64,000 nucleotides of DNA from Vicugna vicugna (GCA_013265495.1 MU057718.1:1-64000); one strand, 5' to 3'. Counted from the first letter of the stretch, positions 25,796-41,290 are shown. Notes: generated by a model not told the origin, from the sequence alone. Translations and numbers: made by a program.

Positions 25796-27739
25796 TTACA
25801 TGCTTTTAAGTATTAATACTGAAATAATTAATTTACTAATTACCAATTCTCTTTCATTAAAGCAAGTCGCCTCCTCTGCTGGCTGTATCTTTTACCTTCT
25901 CTAGTTGATCTGTGTATTTAGCTGTAATACTATATAATTTTCATAAAAATAAACCCATAATTCATCTTTATCTAAGACTCAACCCAATTTCTGAGAGTTT
26001 GCTATATTTTAATAAAAAGCAAACGATTTTATAACTTACTCATTATAAGCTCGTATTGTGTAACAAATTCACACACACACACTCTTTGTATAGAAAGTTT
26101 CTATCTCATCCTTTTGCTCAACTTTGGGCTAAAAGTTGGCTATTGCTGCCAATATTTTCACAGCCTACACATGTTTCTTTTCAACATATGCTTTCTATTT
26201 AAGTTGCAAAGAATAGTACACAATGATGAATTTTTAAAAGCATATTTAGGCAGAAGATGACTCTGTATAGATAATAATCATCATAATCTAATTTCAAATG
26301 TTTTTCCACAATGTTTCTTTTGCTTTGCCTTTAACCAGTATGTGAAGTCTTTGCCTTTTAATATAATTATATCCCTCAAAAAGAAAATGAATGCATACTA
26401 GTATACTAATGTAACATCAAGTTGGAAACACAAATTGTAAGAAAGTAAGTAAGTAAAGTAAGAAAAGTAAGAAATTAAAGAAAGAAAGTAAGAAACACAA
26501 CACTACATGATCGTATTGATTATATGAAATTGGGCCACTGACATTATGGTAAATAATATCCAGGAAAATGTTCATCTATAATCACTTAATTATATATTTA
26601 TATATATAAAACATCCTGTGTCACTGCAAACTCTGTTATATGATCTCATTCTGAAAGAGAGTATTATAAATATGAGAAAGGGGTTAGGGCTAAGCCAAAA
26701 GCAAAAAAGTTCTTTTGACTTTCATGCTGTGAATTCTTAAACATAACACTGTATTCATTTTTTGCGTAAATTTATATAACTTATATAAATGTTTGATTTT
26801 AAAACCTAAGAATGGCATCACCAGTATAGTTCAATAGCCCATCTAGTCTGACATCCTGTCTTAGACAGGGACCAATGGTGGCTGCCTCACAGGATAGCAC
26901 AAACACATAACATAATGTATATAATTATGCACAAGTGCTCCAGATGGTAGTAAGATTATATTCTAAAAAAAAAAATGAAAGCAAATCCCAACCCCCATTC
27001 CTCCCCTATTCTAGCGTCAAGCGTCAACTGTTATTGAAAAGCCTGCGCATCTTTAGAAATTTTCTCCTCAAGCAACTTGCTCACTCCAGGAAAGTGGTAT
27101 CTATTTATGTTTCCAAACATGAATTTTTTTTAGGAATAAAAACTATAAGATAGGCAAATAAACTTTACTATAGGTAAATAAACTTTGATAACTTACTTTT
27201 ATTGCCCACCAAGGCAACCAGAGGCTGAGTTTCTGACTCCTAACTCACTTTCTTCACGACAGGATACCAATCTTCTAAGTTCTCAAAGCTTTGATAATTT
27301 GTAGTGTCATTTACCAAGAGGATTCCCTGTCACAAAAGAGTTACAGAATATTTGGAACACAATACTTGAAAAAATATTAATACCAAATGTGCTTAAGCAA
27401 TACATACTACTAGTCGTCTAGCAGAGTGTCAAAATACAAACGTGGACTGTTTGTATCTGACTTCAGTTTAGTTCTTAGCAGACAGATAACACTAAATATT
27501 TTCATTTAAGATAAATCCAGCAATTAAAATACAATGCAAGCTAAACTCTGTAAGTGGCTTCCCAATGAAATGTCTGGGACATGTTCGGTAAGTTACACTA
27601 AATATAAGAAAAGGTGGGTCATATCACAAAGGTGGAAAAAAACTGTAAGGTCCACAAGTCTGCCTGTCACTTTCAGGAGGTCAAACATTTAAACTTTCCA
27701 ATAAATAACCATCGGCTCTGCTCTCTTTTTAAATATTTT

Positions 27740-28270
27740 CAAAAATGGAGATTCCATGACATCCCTTGATAGTCAGTTTCAGTGTTTGCCACAGTTTTCT
27801 TTAAATGAAACAAGTCAACTTCCTCTTTCGGTCCTCAGTGCATCTGGAGAACAGCGCGAGAGTGTCCTCCTTATAATAACCCTTCATGTACTTGAAGAGC
27901 TATGTGACTCCTTTACCATCTCCTCTCCATTCCTTAAACTCTCAATTGAAGAAACCATCTCAATTCCTTAAACTTGCCTCAAAGGACCTATTTTCTCTCC
28001 CTTCGATCATAATTGCTGGTTCGTCCCAGGGCATGCTACATACAGCTTTTTGACATCCTATTTAAAATGAGCAAAGTAAAACTGGGCATGATACTGTACT
28101 AAGAGCCTGAACACAGCCAAATGTAACAGAGGAATTGCTTCCTGCCTCTTATATATCATATTCCTTTTAATATTATGGCATATATTTGCCATTATTTTGT
28201 GTGGGAAGGAGAAGTGTGTACACATACACAAATAACAGTGCCACATTCTTGATTCTCATCCAATTTGTGG
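27740..28270 (-). mobile_element. CR1/L3 LINE relic
   Basis: 'ggagattccatgacatcccttg', 'aacccttcatgtacttgaagagc', 'ttccttaaacttgcctcaaaggacc' resemble antisense L3. Confidence 0.5.
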
Positions 28271-28674
28271 TTAAACACTTAATACAAAACCCTGCATGTA
28301 GTATGTCTGGACCCCAATAGCATTTAGTCTCCTTCTGACTACTTTTTTACACCTACTATGTACCAGACACATGTTAATCTTCACAAAAGTCATGCAAGAC
28401 GGGTATTATTAGCCTCATTTTACTAATACATAATGGTCAAAACACAAAGTAACATAGAGCCAGGGTTTGAATCAAGGACTGCATGAATATAAAGCCCACT
28501 CATTCATTCTAAAAACATTTGTCTGTCAACTGTAAGCCAAGCATTGTGCTGGGTACTAAGGATAAAAATTCCAACCTCAAGGAACTCACAGTCTTGCAGC
28601 AAAGCCAGGCACATAAACAGACAAGTAGGTAACACAGAAGTCATGACTAATCACATGCAGGTAAATATTAATCA

Positions 28675-29010
28675 ACCAGCTCCAGCATGTCAGGGGTAGG
28701 GAAGAGAGTGTTGTCTGTAACATTTGTCATTTTATGTAGTGCAGATACTCCTCTGTGGCCATTTTCAAGCTATTCATGTCACTTTACTGAACTGAGTTGT
28801 GGAGGACACCACTATACGTAGCAAGAGCACAGAGAACAGAAATACACGGTAAAATAATTAGTAAGTGATGCATTTTGCTTATATAAATCTTTGTTTTTAA
28901 TATAATTGGAGTTTACATGTAATTTTTATTCATGAATGTATTCAACAACATGCTCACAAAAATTCCTCAAAATTTCACAGTTGACTCTCCCAGTCTGGCT
29001 CTAGCTTACT
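28675..29010. mobile_element. hAT DNA-transposon relic (MER63-like)
   Basis: 'ggccattttcaagcta', 'gctcacaaaaattcctcaaaatttcacagttgactctc'. Family call by recall only. Confidence 0.4.
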
Positions 29011-29895
29011 ACCATTATGACCTTCCAGTACTATGCTTTTTTTTTCCTCCAGTTTTACTGAGAAATAACTGACATACATCACTGGACAAGTTTAAGTCAT
29101 ACAGCATGATGGTTTAACTTACATATATTGCACAGTATTTTGTTATTAATTACACTGGATCCTAAGTCACTTAGCCCCTCTGGATCTCAGGTTGTTTGCC
29201 TGTTGAATTAAACAGTCTCTAAGATCCCTGTCAGGTTAATTATTCTATAATTTTATGCAAAATCGCTTTTCTGATTTATTTCAGTAACTTGTACATCTAT
29301 TTCTGTGTGTCTTCCTAAATGCTTTGCAATAATGCTCAGTACAGAATTATTTGAAACAATGAGCATAATCCCTCTTTTCTCATTAAGAGTAACACACCCA
29401 AATTGGCCTCTGAACAAAGCTAATATTTAACCTATTGACTCGACCTCCAGTTGACATGAGTGGTACAATATATTATGTTAAAAGAGCTCTGCCCTGGAAG
29501 TCACATCACCGATCTTGGGCCACGCCTCTGTCATCCACCATTATAATACCTGTCATGCCTAAATGATTAAGTAAAGTAATAAAAATAGACTTATTTTAAA
29601 ACTTAACATGCTACACAATTGCTGAGAACTTTTCAGATTATTCTGAATGAATATGAATCACATTTCAAGGCAACTTTGAGGTAGTTTTTACTTTCATAAA
29701 TTGAGCCTTGATGGTGCCTCTTAAAGCTTAAAAATTGTAGAACCCTTCTACCAACACATTAAAACATCCATCAACAAAACATGGGTTAATATCTGAATGT
29801 AATGAAATGTATGCAAATAAAACATAGCCAGCATCTCTTGGTAATCAGTACTAGACAAGAGCTATACAATAGAAATTACATCCCACTGATCTAGA

Positions 29896-30101
29896 CCAGG
29901 AGTTGGTAAACTGTGGCCCCCAGGTCAAATGCAGCTCATAGCCTGTATTTATAAATAAACTTTTGTTGAAATATAGTCATACTCACTTGCGTAAGTATTA
30001 TTAATGACTGCTTTTGCACTGTGATAGCAGAGACAGTCTGACTTGCAAAACCTAAAATATTTTCTATTTGACTCTTTAAGGAAAAGTTGGCCAATTTTTG
30101 A
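29896..30101. mobile_element. MER58A-like hAT-Charlie MITE
   Basis: 'caggagttggtaaactgtggccc...aaataaacttttgttgaaatatagtcatactc...cctaaaatattttctatttgactctttaaggaaaagttggccaa'. Confidence 0.75.
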
Positions 30102-30379
30102 TCTAAACCAATGTGTCCCAATACTCTTCAGTCAGTGACACTTAGAAGTTGTCCAGGACTCATAAGAAAGAAAGATAACATTTTTTCAGAAATCTGTCTG
30201 TCTACCAACCCGAACACCTATCAGTTTACATACCCCTTTCTCAGTACTGTCTAAAGTAAAAATTATGATTTTATCTTTGCTCCTAACATGACAATTTTGC
30301 ACCAGTTTTGATCAATGTGGTGAAAATCTGAGAGGGGAAAATGAGAAAACCGAAGACCTTAAAATACAAAAGAAGTACT

Positions 30380-33300
30380 AGGACTTTTGGTTTCATGTAG
30401 AGAGCTCAGAAGTCATCCCATCTGTCCTTACAGTAAGAAAGAAGCTGGACAAACCGAAAATCAATGACTTTTCTTGAACACAACAGAGAATTAAGTTTGT
30501 GTAGCAAATTGCTACCCTGAAATCTGGAGAGACAGGTGGATCCAGAGTCATAACCAAAATCTGCTTACTTGAACCAAAAGACACTAGAGTCAGTAAATAG
30601 TAGAAATATTTAAATGGTAATTTTGATGTACTGCTGGAGGCTGAGTGTGGTCTAGTTTGAGAGTGAGAGACTCCTAGGGGAGAGGGCCTTTGGACATACT
30701 TTCATGGGCTTTACCTTTAGGAACCTACAAGATCCTCATGGTAAAGAGTCGAGAAAAATCCCCTCACAGCTCTGGCCATGGGGAGGGAGAAAGTAACCAC
30801 TGTAAAATACACCCGAGCATTATTCATAAAAGGGCATACTCTCCAAGAACAAAGCCTGGTTAGAGTCTTCTATCACATGGGAGAAGGGCAGTTCCAAACT
30901 CCAGCCCCTTCTAGCCATCCTGTCTCACTTAAGTGGGAAAAGACAAGAAATATCTGTGAAGGTCACAGCCTAGGGACACATACACACTAAAAGGCTATGA
31001 CTTAATCATAAGAATATAGACTGTTCCCCCTCTTCCATGCTTTAGACACATCAATAAGGCTCCAGTATAATAGCAGTAGATTACATCTGAAAGAGCTGCA
31101 AGACACAAACTTCAACTAAGGAAGAGCTCTCTGTGATGGTCAAAAACACAAGGGAGGAAAGAGAAAACAGGCACACTATAGAGGAATCTGATGTCTCTAA
31201 CATCTAAAGCTTCAGCAAACATTAAACATAAACCAATTCCTGGTCAAATTAATGTAACACTTCACACTGAAGACCTATTTATTTGAATGCATATTGCTTG
31301 ATACATCATGTCTAGTCTTCAACAAAAAAATAAGCATTAGAACCACATTCAAATATGAGACAGATTTTAGAATGATCAGACCAGGAATTTACAATAACTG
31401 TGATTAATATTTCAGTGACTCTAATGGAAAAGGTAGACAACATGAAAGAGCAGGTGGGTAACATACACAAAGAGATGGACACCTTAAAGAATAATAAAAG
31501 GAAATACAAGATATCAAAAATATACTATAACAGAAATAAAGAACGTCATTGAGGCTCATCAGTTGACTGGACACAACCTAGGAAAGAATCACTGAGCTTA
31601 AATATAAGACAATGCAAACTTCCAAAACTGAAATGCAAAGAGAAAAAAGAAAACAAAACATCAAAGAATTATGGGACAATTCTGAATGGTGTATCATACA
31701 TGGAACCGGAATACCAGAAGGAGATGAGCAAATGGAACTTAAGAAATATTTGAAGTAATAATAGCCAAGAAACTGACAAAATTAAGACACCAAACCACAG
31801 ATCCAAGAATCTCAGAGAGTATCAAGTAGGATAAATACCGGAACATCTACACTTAGGAACGTCATGTATTTAGAATTTGGACTGCACAAAACAAAACACA
31901 AAGAGAAAATCTGGAGCAAAGGCAAGGGGTGGAAGCCAAAAGGAGGGAAGGAATACCCTATCTACAGAGGAACAAGGGTTAAGAATTATAGATAATTTCT
32001 CATCAGAAACCATGCAATTAAGATAATAATGGAGTGAAATATTTAAAGTGTTGAAAGAAAAAAAAAGGGCCAATCTAAAATGCTATATGTAAAATTATCT
32101 TTCATGAATAAGAAGAAATAAAGACTTTCTCAGATAAACAAAAACGGAGAAAACTCATAGCTAGAAGACCTGCCCTAGAAGAAATGTTAAAAGAGATTCT
32201 TCAAGGAGAAGGAAATGATAAAGGTCAGAAACTCAGTTCTATGTAAAGAAAGGAAGCATATCAGAGAAGGAACCAGTAAAGATAAAATAACATCATTTTT
32301 CTTATTCTTAATTAACCTAAAATACAATTATTTCATAAAAGCAACAATGTACTGAGTGATTATAGCATACAAATAAGTGAAATAAATGACAGTGGTGCCA
32401 TCAGGGGCAGGAGGAATGAACTGAGAACATTCTTTCATTAAATATTTTAACAACTACAGAGGAAGCAAGAAGCAATACAGTATCATATGAAGGTGAACTT
32501 AGATTAGTTTAAAATGTGTATTGAAAACTCTAGAGCAGTTACTTAAAAAATGTTTTAAGTATAATTTACAGGCTAAAACCATGGGAAAGAGAAAGGGGCT
32601 GGGAAGCACAAAGAACAGAAAACAAAGACACCAACTATCTCAATAATCACTTTAAATGTGAATGGTCTAAATGTACCAACTAAAAGACATTGTCAGAATG
32701 AATGAAAAACCAAGACTCAACTATATGTTTTCTACAGGTAACACCTTTCATATATAAAGACATGGGTTGAACATCAAGGGATAGAGAAATACCACGCTAA
32801 CACTAATGAAAAGAAAGCTGCAGTAGCCATATTTCAGACAAAGCAGACTTCAGAATAAGGGAAATCATGAGATATCAAGATTGGCATAATGATAAAGGGG
32901 TTAATTCTCTAAGAAGACATAACAATCCTTTGTGTCTACACACTTAACAAGAGAGTATCAAAATATGTGGTGCTAAAATTGATAGAACTGTAAGGAATTC
33001 AAAATCCACAGATCTTCCAGTATATTTGGAGATTTCAACAGCTTTTTCATTAATCGACACATCAAGCAAGCAGAAAATCAGTAAGCTGACCTGACCAGCA
33101 CTAACAATCAGCTTCATCTAACTGACATTTATAAAACAGTCCATCCAACAGCATGAAAATTTACACTCTTCTCAAGCTAATACAAAACATTCGCTATGAT
33201 AGACTACATTCTGGGCCATAAAACATACGTTAACAAATTTATAAGAATACAAATCATATCAAGCTTATTCTTAGATTACAATGGGATTAAACTAGAAATC

Positions 33301-33940
33301 AATAATAGAAAGACAGTTGGAAAAACTCAAAACATTTGGAGATTCAACAACATACTTCTAAATAACACATGGATCAAAAAAGAAGTCTCAAAAAAAGTTT
33401 AAAATATCTTAAGCAAATAAAAATACAATCTATCAAAACTTGAGGATACAGCAAAAACAGAGCTTAGAGAAAATGTATAATATCGAACAAATACATTAGA
33501 AGAGAAGAAACATCACTAATCTAAATTTCTGCTTTAGGAAACTGAGGAAGAAGAGCAATTTAAACTTAGTGCAAGCAGAAGAAAAAATAATTAGAGCAGA
33601 GATCAATGAAATTGAAAAGAGGAAAACAATAGAGAAAATTAACAAAACCAAAAGCTGGCAAACCTCTAGCCAGGTTAACCAAAAAAAGAGAGAGAGACAA
33701 GAGACAGGGAGAGGGAGAGAGATCGAGACGGTCAAAGACAGAGACAAGAGTCAGAGTTGGAGACAGAGAGAGAGAGAGAGAAAGAGAAGGTACAAATTAA
33801 TAACGGGTCATGACTACTGATTCCATAGACAATAAAAGGACAGTAAAGGAATAATGTGAACAACTCTACAGCCAAACATTTGATAACACAGATGAATCAA
33901 TTCTTTGAAACACACACAAACTACCAAAACTCATACAAGC
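30380..33940 (+). mobile_element. Old L1 (5'UTR, ORF1 and ORF2 N-terminal part), 3'-truncated
   Basis: ORF1-like text at 31380-32200; ORF2 endonuclease motifs 'aatcactttaaatgtgaatggtctaaatg' and the IDYILGHK frame (33196); ends abruptly at about 33940. Confidence 0.85.
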
Positions 33941-35883
33941 AGCCACCGACTCCCAGGGCCTCGACTCCCCAGCGCCAGCACACCGAAGCCAGACCTCTAA
34001 GTGCTCACCTCTTCGGGAGACTGTAACATAAGTGCCCTCAAGGCATCAGTCAATCCAGACCTCTTGACTCCTTCCAGAAAACTGTCAGAAAGTATAACTC
34101 CCTCAGAAACGCAACACATGTTGGCAATGACTGAAGTCTGAGAAGAATCTACTGGAAACCGCTAGAAATGATTGTCTCTTGGCAGTCCGGTAGCCGTCTA
34201 CACCCATCACTGTGTCTCATGTCCCTGATACCCTCTTCATCACCGATCTGTCCACCATTTGTCCTTCTCCTATGTCTTCACCCCCATACTGCCCTGTGCT
34301 TCCTCTTCCTAATTTATTCTCCAACTGCTTTTCTTCTTCCTAAATCTTTTTGCCATGACTTGTGGAAATCAGACTTCAAGTTTAATAAGTCCTTCTATAT
34401 CCTCAAATTCTTCATTAAAAACTGCCTCCATTTTCTATGCCTCAATTTCACTTTCCCCCCTGGAATTCCAAGATGATACCTCTTCTGCTTATAAACCTCA
34501 AGACTTTTAATAAATTTTGCATAATATTATATAGTACTTTATTTTCATCTATTTAACTTATCACCATAGCTAATAAGCATGAGTCAGTAAATCAAATGGA
34601 TACCATTTTCAAAGGAATAACTGATAGCAGTCTTGAAGGAACAAACACTGTGGCAACAGAACCACAGTATAAGGTATTTCACAAATTTAGTTCTTAAATT
34701 TAACAGATACAGTACACAGAATTAACCTTCCCCCAAAATGAGAGGTTCCCCTCTTCCAAAACGCAGATATTTCCCCCCGATTTGTACAATAATCTTCTTT
34801 AGTTTTTAATTACATACAGAAATGAATCAAATCATAAAGCTATATAATAACCATAATAACATATACTTTGCTGTGTAAGTGCAATCTGTAAGAAGGAAGA
34901 CTAATGCAAGCGAGGTCTGTAAGTACAATCAGTTATAAGTTGGCAAACATCCAACCAAAAAATTCATAGTGAAAGACAGCAGAGAGTCTCAGGCAGTGCG
35001 ACTTTGAGACGTGCTCTCTCCCAGCTGTCAGACAGGCAAATACCCTTTTGTTGGTGGTTAACAGGGTGGCTCATGTGTGGGGGACGCTGGCACAAAACAG
35101 TAGCCATGTTCTACCTCACAAATGGCTACACTTCACTGAGTTTATGCTCAGGGCAGTGTTTGCAAACCACTTAGATTCCAGGATGGAAGGAGCTACAAAA
35201 ATGAAACACCCTAGTCCTCCTCTGAGGTTGGTTTTTAGCCTCTGTCAGCCGCAGGCTACAGGGCACTGAGCACTGCGCACTGTGTGTTCGCTCATAACCG
35301 CGATGAAAAATAGGCGACAACATCTTTCTGAAGACTCCTAGAAAATTTTAAGTTAATTTAAAATCTGGGAATTTAACTGGGACATACTTCAATTCTTAGA
35401 ACTAGTTCTTGACAAAATACCTCATTAATTCTTTCTTGGGGGTCAATTCAGTTTTCTTTTAACCAACATTATTCAATACACTATCACTAAAATTTAATGC
35501 TACTGGCAGGAAAATAAGTGAAGAGGGTAAAATAATCAGTTTTATTTGACTCTAAGTTAATTCCAAGCCTACGAATAGATTTCTTTCTACATGATAAGAA
35601 ATGCCTTAAAAAAAAAAGAGAGAGATCTATAGCTTAATAGCCCAGATACATATAATTCTTTCTATACACATTACATAAGTTAGAGAACCTAAATTAAAAT
35701 CCTAAATAATACATTATATTGATGTCTTCAAAACAGCTTGTCAAAACACTTCTGAAAGATTTCTATCCCATAGCATGTGCACAAAAATCCAAAATATTCA
35801 CAAGAGAGGCAATATACAGCATCCACACCACCCATGATGCCAGTCCCTCATGGGTCCCCCAACAAATCTTTGAACCACATTAC

Positions 35884-36083
35884 CTGCAATATCAGTGAGG
35901 CCAAGCACTATTCCTCTGGTTACTCTAGCGGTCTGTGGAGGAAAAGGCTTATTCCCATCATCCTCTCTTTCGGACCGTCAGCCCCTGATGTCGCTGTGGT
36001 CAGGCCCAAACTGATTAAATCTCTTCAACCCAGAGCAGATATTTCCAGAAATGGCAGCCAAAAATTAAATGATGATGTCAGAC
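35884..36083 (-). other. Exon-like 200-bp unique segment
   Basis: Acceptor 'ttctcatatcgcag|GTC' and donor 'CAG|gtaatg'; more GC-rich than its flanks; stops in all frames (UTR, non-coding or pseudo-exon). Confidence 0.3.
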
Positions 36084-36934
36084 CTGCGATATGAGAATAA
36101 ATTATAATTTGTATTTGCTACAAAAGTCAATTACTTGAACCTTACTTTACACATTTGATATGACTTACTAGATGTTCATGCCTTAACTTCCACTGGGAAA
36201 ATATGTTGTGTGACTTTTTAAATACAATATATTTCAAATACTCATTTTAAAAAGGTTAAATACTTTTCTTTTCATGCAAAATCTTTAAGCTCTACGAGGT
36301 TACATTTCTTGAGTTATAAAATTAAAGGTATTTGCCATATAGTGTAAATAATATATTAAGCAAATACTTATTTTATGCCTACCATGTAATAATCTACTCT
36401 TCTAAGTGTTGGAGGAACCACAGTGGACAAAACAGATGACATCGTGTCTTTTTTGAATTTATATTTTAGTGAATGAAGTTAGTAAAACACAAAACAAACA
36501 GAGGAGGCCTAACCATAATAAACAACATGAAAAAAAAAAAAAGACATAGAAAAGGAGATGAGAATCTTAGCGGAGGGAGCTTTAAATTCAGCCGGTCTCA
36601 TGACGGCTTTGCTGAGCAAAGATGCAGGTTGAGCTCAGAAGTGCTCTCTAAAGGGCGCACGGTATCTGGGGAACATAATGTCCTAGGTGGGGAAAGCAGC
36701 AAGCCCGTTGTCCCCGAAACAAGAGTAGGCTGGCACGTTGAGAACCTGCAAGGTGGTGAGCAAAGCTGAGCAAGCAAGGGGAGTAACGGCAGACGACGAC
36801 AGAGAAGGTAACACTGAGACCATATTATGGGGGGTCCTACTGAGAAATGTAAGCACTTTGATTTTACTTTTAATAAAATAAGATGTTATTGAAAAATTTG
36901 AAGCAAAAGCATAACACGATGTGAATGTTTAAGT

Positions 36935-39900
36935 GTTGTTGAAGTAAATAATACACCATACAATTCACCCATTTAAAACACACAATTTAATGATTTTTAA
37001 ATATATTACAGGGTTGCACAACCATCAGCACAATCTAATTTTAGAGCAATTTTGTTTTCAGAAAAAGAAAACATTCGCAGTCACTCATTGCCCCTTTCTC
37101 TACTTGCCTCTCTCCAAGTCCTTAGCAACCATCAACCCTCTGTTTCTATGGATTTGCTTTTTTCACTTAGCATAGCTCTACCAAGTTCTATCCAGGTTGC
37201 TGCATGTATCAGTTTTGCCCCTTTCTACTGCTGAATGTTATTCAGAATATTATTCAGCATTGTTGTATGTACATGACGCATTTTTTTAATCCACTCACCA
37301 GTTGGTGGGCATTTAGGCTGTTTTCATTTTTTGATTACTGTGAAAAAGGCTCTTATGAATATTTATGTACAATATTTTTAGACACATATTTTTATTTATC
37401 TTGGATATACACCTAGTAGTGGAATTCATGCATCATGTGGTAACCCTGTTTAACATCTTGAAGAACTGTTACACTGTTTTCCGAAGTGGCTTCACCATTG
37501 TACATTCCCAGTAACAGAGCATAAAAGCTCTGATTTCTCCAATTCGTTGTCAGCGCTTCCTAGTACCTTTTGTCCGCATCCTAGTGAAGTGATGTCTCAT
37601 TGTAATTTGATTGAATTTTCCTATGACTGATGACGTTGAACAGTTTTGCTTGTGTTACTGGCCATTTGAATATCTTCTTTGAAGAACTGTGTACTCAAAT
37701 GCTTTGTATCTTCTTAAATTGAGTTAATTTTCTCTTTGTTTATGAGTTGTATGGATTCTTTATATATTCTGGAGACACAAGTCTCTTATCTGAAAAATGG
37801 TATTCAAATATATTCTCTAATTCTACAGGTTGTCTTTTCACTTACTTACAGTATTTTCAGCAAAGTAAAAATTTTAAGTTGGACACAGTAAAATGTTCAT
37901 TTGTCACCTGTATTTTTGATGTGATTATCTAAGATTTTGTGACTACTGCAAGCCAATAAATATTTATGCCCATATTTTCTTCTAATAGTTTCATGGGATT
38001 TATCTATTATATGTGAGTTTATGATTCATTTTGGGATACTTTTTTATGCATAGTGTGAGATAGAGATCAAACATCGTTCTTTTCCATGTGAACATTGACT
38101 TGTCTCAGCACCACTGTTGCAAAGACTGCACTTTCCCCAAATAAATTGTCTTGAGATTCTTGTTAAAATTATTAGCCATAAATGTAAGAGTTTATTTATA
38201 GACTCTCAATTATATTCTTAAATATGTATATTATGTTTATGTCAGTACAGCAGTGTCTTGATTATTGGAGCTTTATTGTAAGTTTTGAAATCAAGATATG
38301 TGCCTTCCAAATCCCAGTTGGTCATAGTGTATAATCCTTTTTATATGTTGATATATCAGTTTGCTAGTATTTCACTGAGAAATTTCATGTCTGTATGCAT
38401 AAAAAATCTTAGAGTCCAGCTTTTTTTTTTTCTGAGACATTATTGTCTGTTTTTAGTATTAGAGAATTTCTGACTCCATAGAGTGAGTTGGGAAATATTC
38501 CCTATCTTATTTTTTTTAGATGATTTGGTAAAAGATTGGTATTATTCTTTGAAAGTCTGGTAGAATTCAACAGTAAAGCCTTCTAATTCTGGATTTTTCT
38601 TTGTGAGAAACTTTTAATTATGAATTTAATTTCTTTACTTGCTATAGATCTATCTATATTTTCTAGTTGTTTTTGAATAATTTTCCTTAATTCATTTCTT
38701 TATAGAATTTGTCCATTTCAACTATTATCTTGTTTTTTGCATACATACTGTTGTCAGCAGCATTCCCTAATGATCTTTATAATTTCTGTAAAGTTCGTAC
38801 CTATGTCCCTATCTTCAGCTTAATTTTAAGAATTTCACCTCATTTCTCTCTCTTGTTTCCCTTGGTCAACTGAACTAAAGATCTGCTAATATTCTTTATC
38901 AATATTTATTTCCACTTTATGCATTAGTATTACTATCTTTGGGCTTAGTTTCCTCTTCTTTTTCTTGTTTTTTTTTTTTAAGTAAGAGTGTTACTGATTT
39001 GACATCTTTCTTCTTTTTGAATACAGACATTTACAGCTAAAAATATGCCTCTGAATGCTGCTTTTGCTTCATCCAATATGATTTCATATGTTTTATTTTC
39101 ATTTACTTCAAAGTATTTTCTTATTTCCTTTGTGATTTCTTTTTTTGGCACATTGGTTATTTAATAGTGTGTCTTTTAATTTCTTCATATTTATGAATTT
39201 ACCAAATGACACATGTTTTAAAGAATTTCTATTTGTAATTGCATTATGGTCAAGGGACATATTTTATATTTCAATTCTTTAAAAATTATTGTTAGTTTTT
39301 TTATAGCCTAGCATACAACCTGTCTTGGAGAGGCTCCTTGTGTGCTTGGTAAGAATATACATTCTGCTGCTGTTGAGTAGAGTGTTTGATAGATTCCTGT
39401 GAAGTCTAGCTATTTTATGGTGCTGCTCAAGTCTTACTTTTGTTGATCTTCTACCTAGTTGTTTCCTTCCATTAATGAAAGAGAAATATTAAAATCTTTG
39501 TTATTGTTAAGTTATCTATTATTCCCTTCAATTATGCCCATTTTTCCTTCATGGATTCTGGAGTTCTTCTTATAGATATATGTAGATTTACAAACGTTGT
39601 ATCTTCTTGGCAGATTGATCCTTTTACCATTTAGAGATATGCTTCTTTATCTTTAGTAACTTTTTGTTTTAAAATCTGTTTTATTTCAATATTTACCTGG
39701 CCACTCTAGCTCTCCTTTATAATTACTGATTGTATGGCATATCATTTTCCATTATTTTACTTTCAACCTATTAGTATTTTTAATGTAAAATATGTCTCTT
39801 ACAGATAGCATAATGTTGGATTTCTTTTTTTAATGGGAGGAGGGCCAGTTATCCAATCTATTTTTGTCTTCAGTTGAGTTGTTTAATCCATTAACATTTA

Positions 39901-40300
39901 ATATTGCTGATAAGGTTGGATTTACATCTAACACTTTTTGTTTGTTTGTTTTCTACATGTTTCATGGCATTTCTGTTGCTCTATTTCTCTTCTATTGCCT
40001 TCTTTTTATTAAGTGGATATTCTCTAGTATAACGTTTCATTTTTTTCCGTAATTTATTAAAATTTATTTTTTAACTTTTCTTTATTCTTAGTGGGTGTTG
40101 TATGGCTTACAATATATATCTTAACTAATCAGAGTCAACCTCAAATTTATACTGAATTAATTCTTGTAAAAATAAGAAGTTTAATTCCATAGATCTCCAG
40201 TCCGTTTCCCCTCTTTTTGGTACTATTATTTTATATATATTATATTAAATATTAAAAATAGAATTATATTTATATACAATAAATATACTATATATAATAC
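36935..40300 (-). mobile_element. Old L1 (host of nested insertions; continues at about 43104-43457 and 50467-50700)
   Basis: Antisense 3' end 'caattcacccatttaaaacacacaatttaatgattttt' followed by antisense ORF2; collinear L1 text resumes after each insertion. Confidence 0.8.
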
Positions 40301-40310
40301 ATATATTAGC

Positions 40311-41290
40311 TCATTGACTCTTGAATAGCACAGGTTTGAATTGCATGGGTCCATTTATACATTTTTCATCAAAAAGTATACTGAAAACTTTTTTATAGAT
40401 TTGCAACAGTTTGAGAAAATTCACAGATGAGCCACATGGCCTAGAAATATTTTAAAATATTATTTAATTTAGATGTCATGAGTGTATAAAATGCATGTAG
40501 ATATTAGTATATATTTACATAGGCATCAGGAAAGTGATATATAATATAAAATTAATAATGTGTTAGTTTTCTTACTTTTTATATCTTTGTCTCCAAAGAA
40601 TTAGATTATCATATAGTATGTCTTTCTCATAATTGGAGAAGCTGTGAGTCTATTATCACAGGTAAATGTTTATTTTAAAATGTATTTTTGATAGTGTATT
40701 ACAAATATAACTGTAATTCTGTATGCCATAAAAAGTTTATAATTCATTCATTAGTCTATAGGCAAGCTACGTGAAGAAATCCAATTGACTACCCTAAGCA
40801 ACTGTAAAGCAATCATATTGCTGTTTCTTCATTATTGATGCATAAACTTCATATACCTATAAGTATTTGTGAACTTCCTCTACACATTATCTTTTCATTT
40901 TTCATGTCTAGTGTTAGTAGTATGTATACTATTTATAGTGTTTTATACCATATAAGGCAATATTGACTCGGGTACTGACAAGGATTCATCTTCTAAACAG
41001 ACATAAACATACAGTATTGATAAACACAGTACACTGCTATAAATGTATTTTCTCCTCCTTATGATTTTCTTACTACATTCTTTTCTCAAGCTTGCTTTAT
41101 TGCATAAATACAATACAAAATACACAACTTACAAAATACGTGTTAATCAACTATATATGTTATCAGTAAGACTTCCGGTGAACAGTAGGCTTTTCATAGT
41201 TAAGTTATTGGGATCCAAATTTATAGATGGATTTTCAACTGCTTGGGGGCTTGGCACAGTTAACTGCTGCATTTTTCAAGGGCCAATTAT
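40311..41290. mobile_element. Tigger2/MER28-like DNA transposon derivative
   Basis: Termini 'cattgactcttgaatagcacaggtttgaattgcatgggtcc' and 'tttcaagggccaatta'; same TIR family as 25562-25795. Confidence 0.75.
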
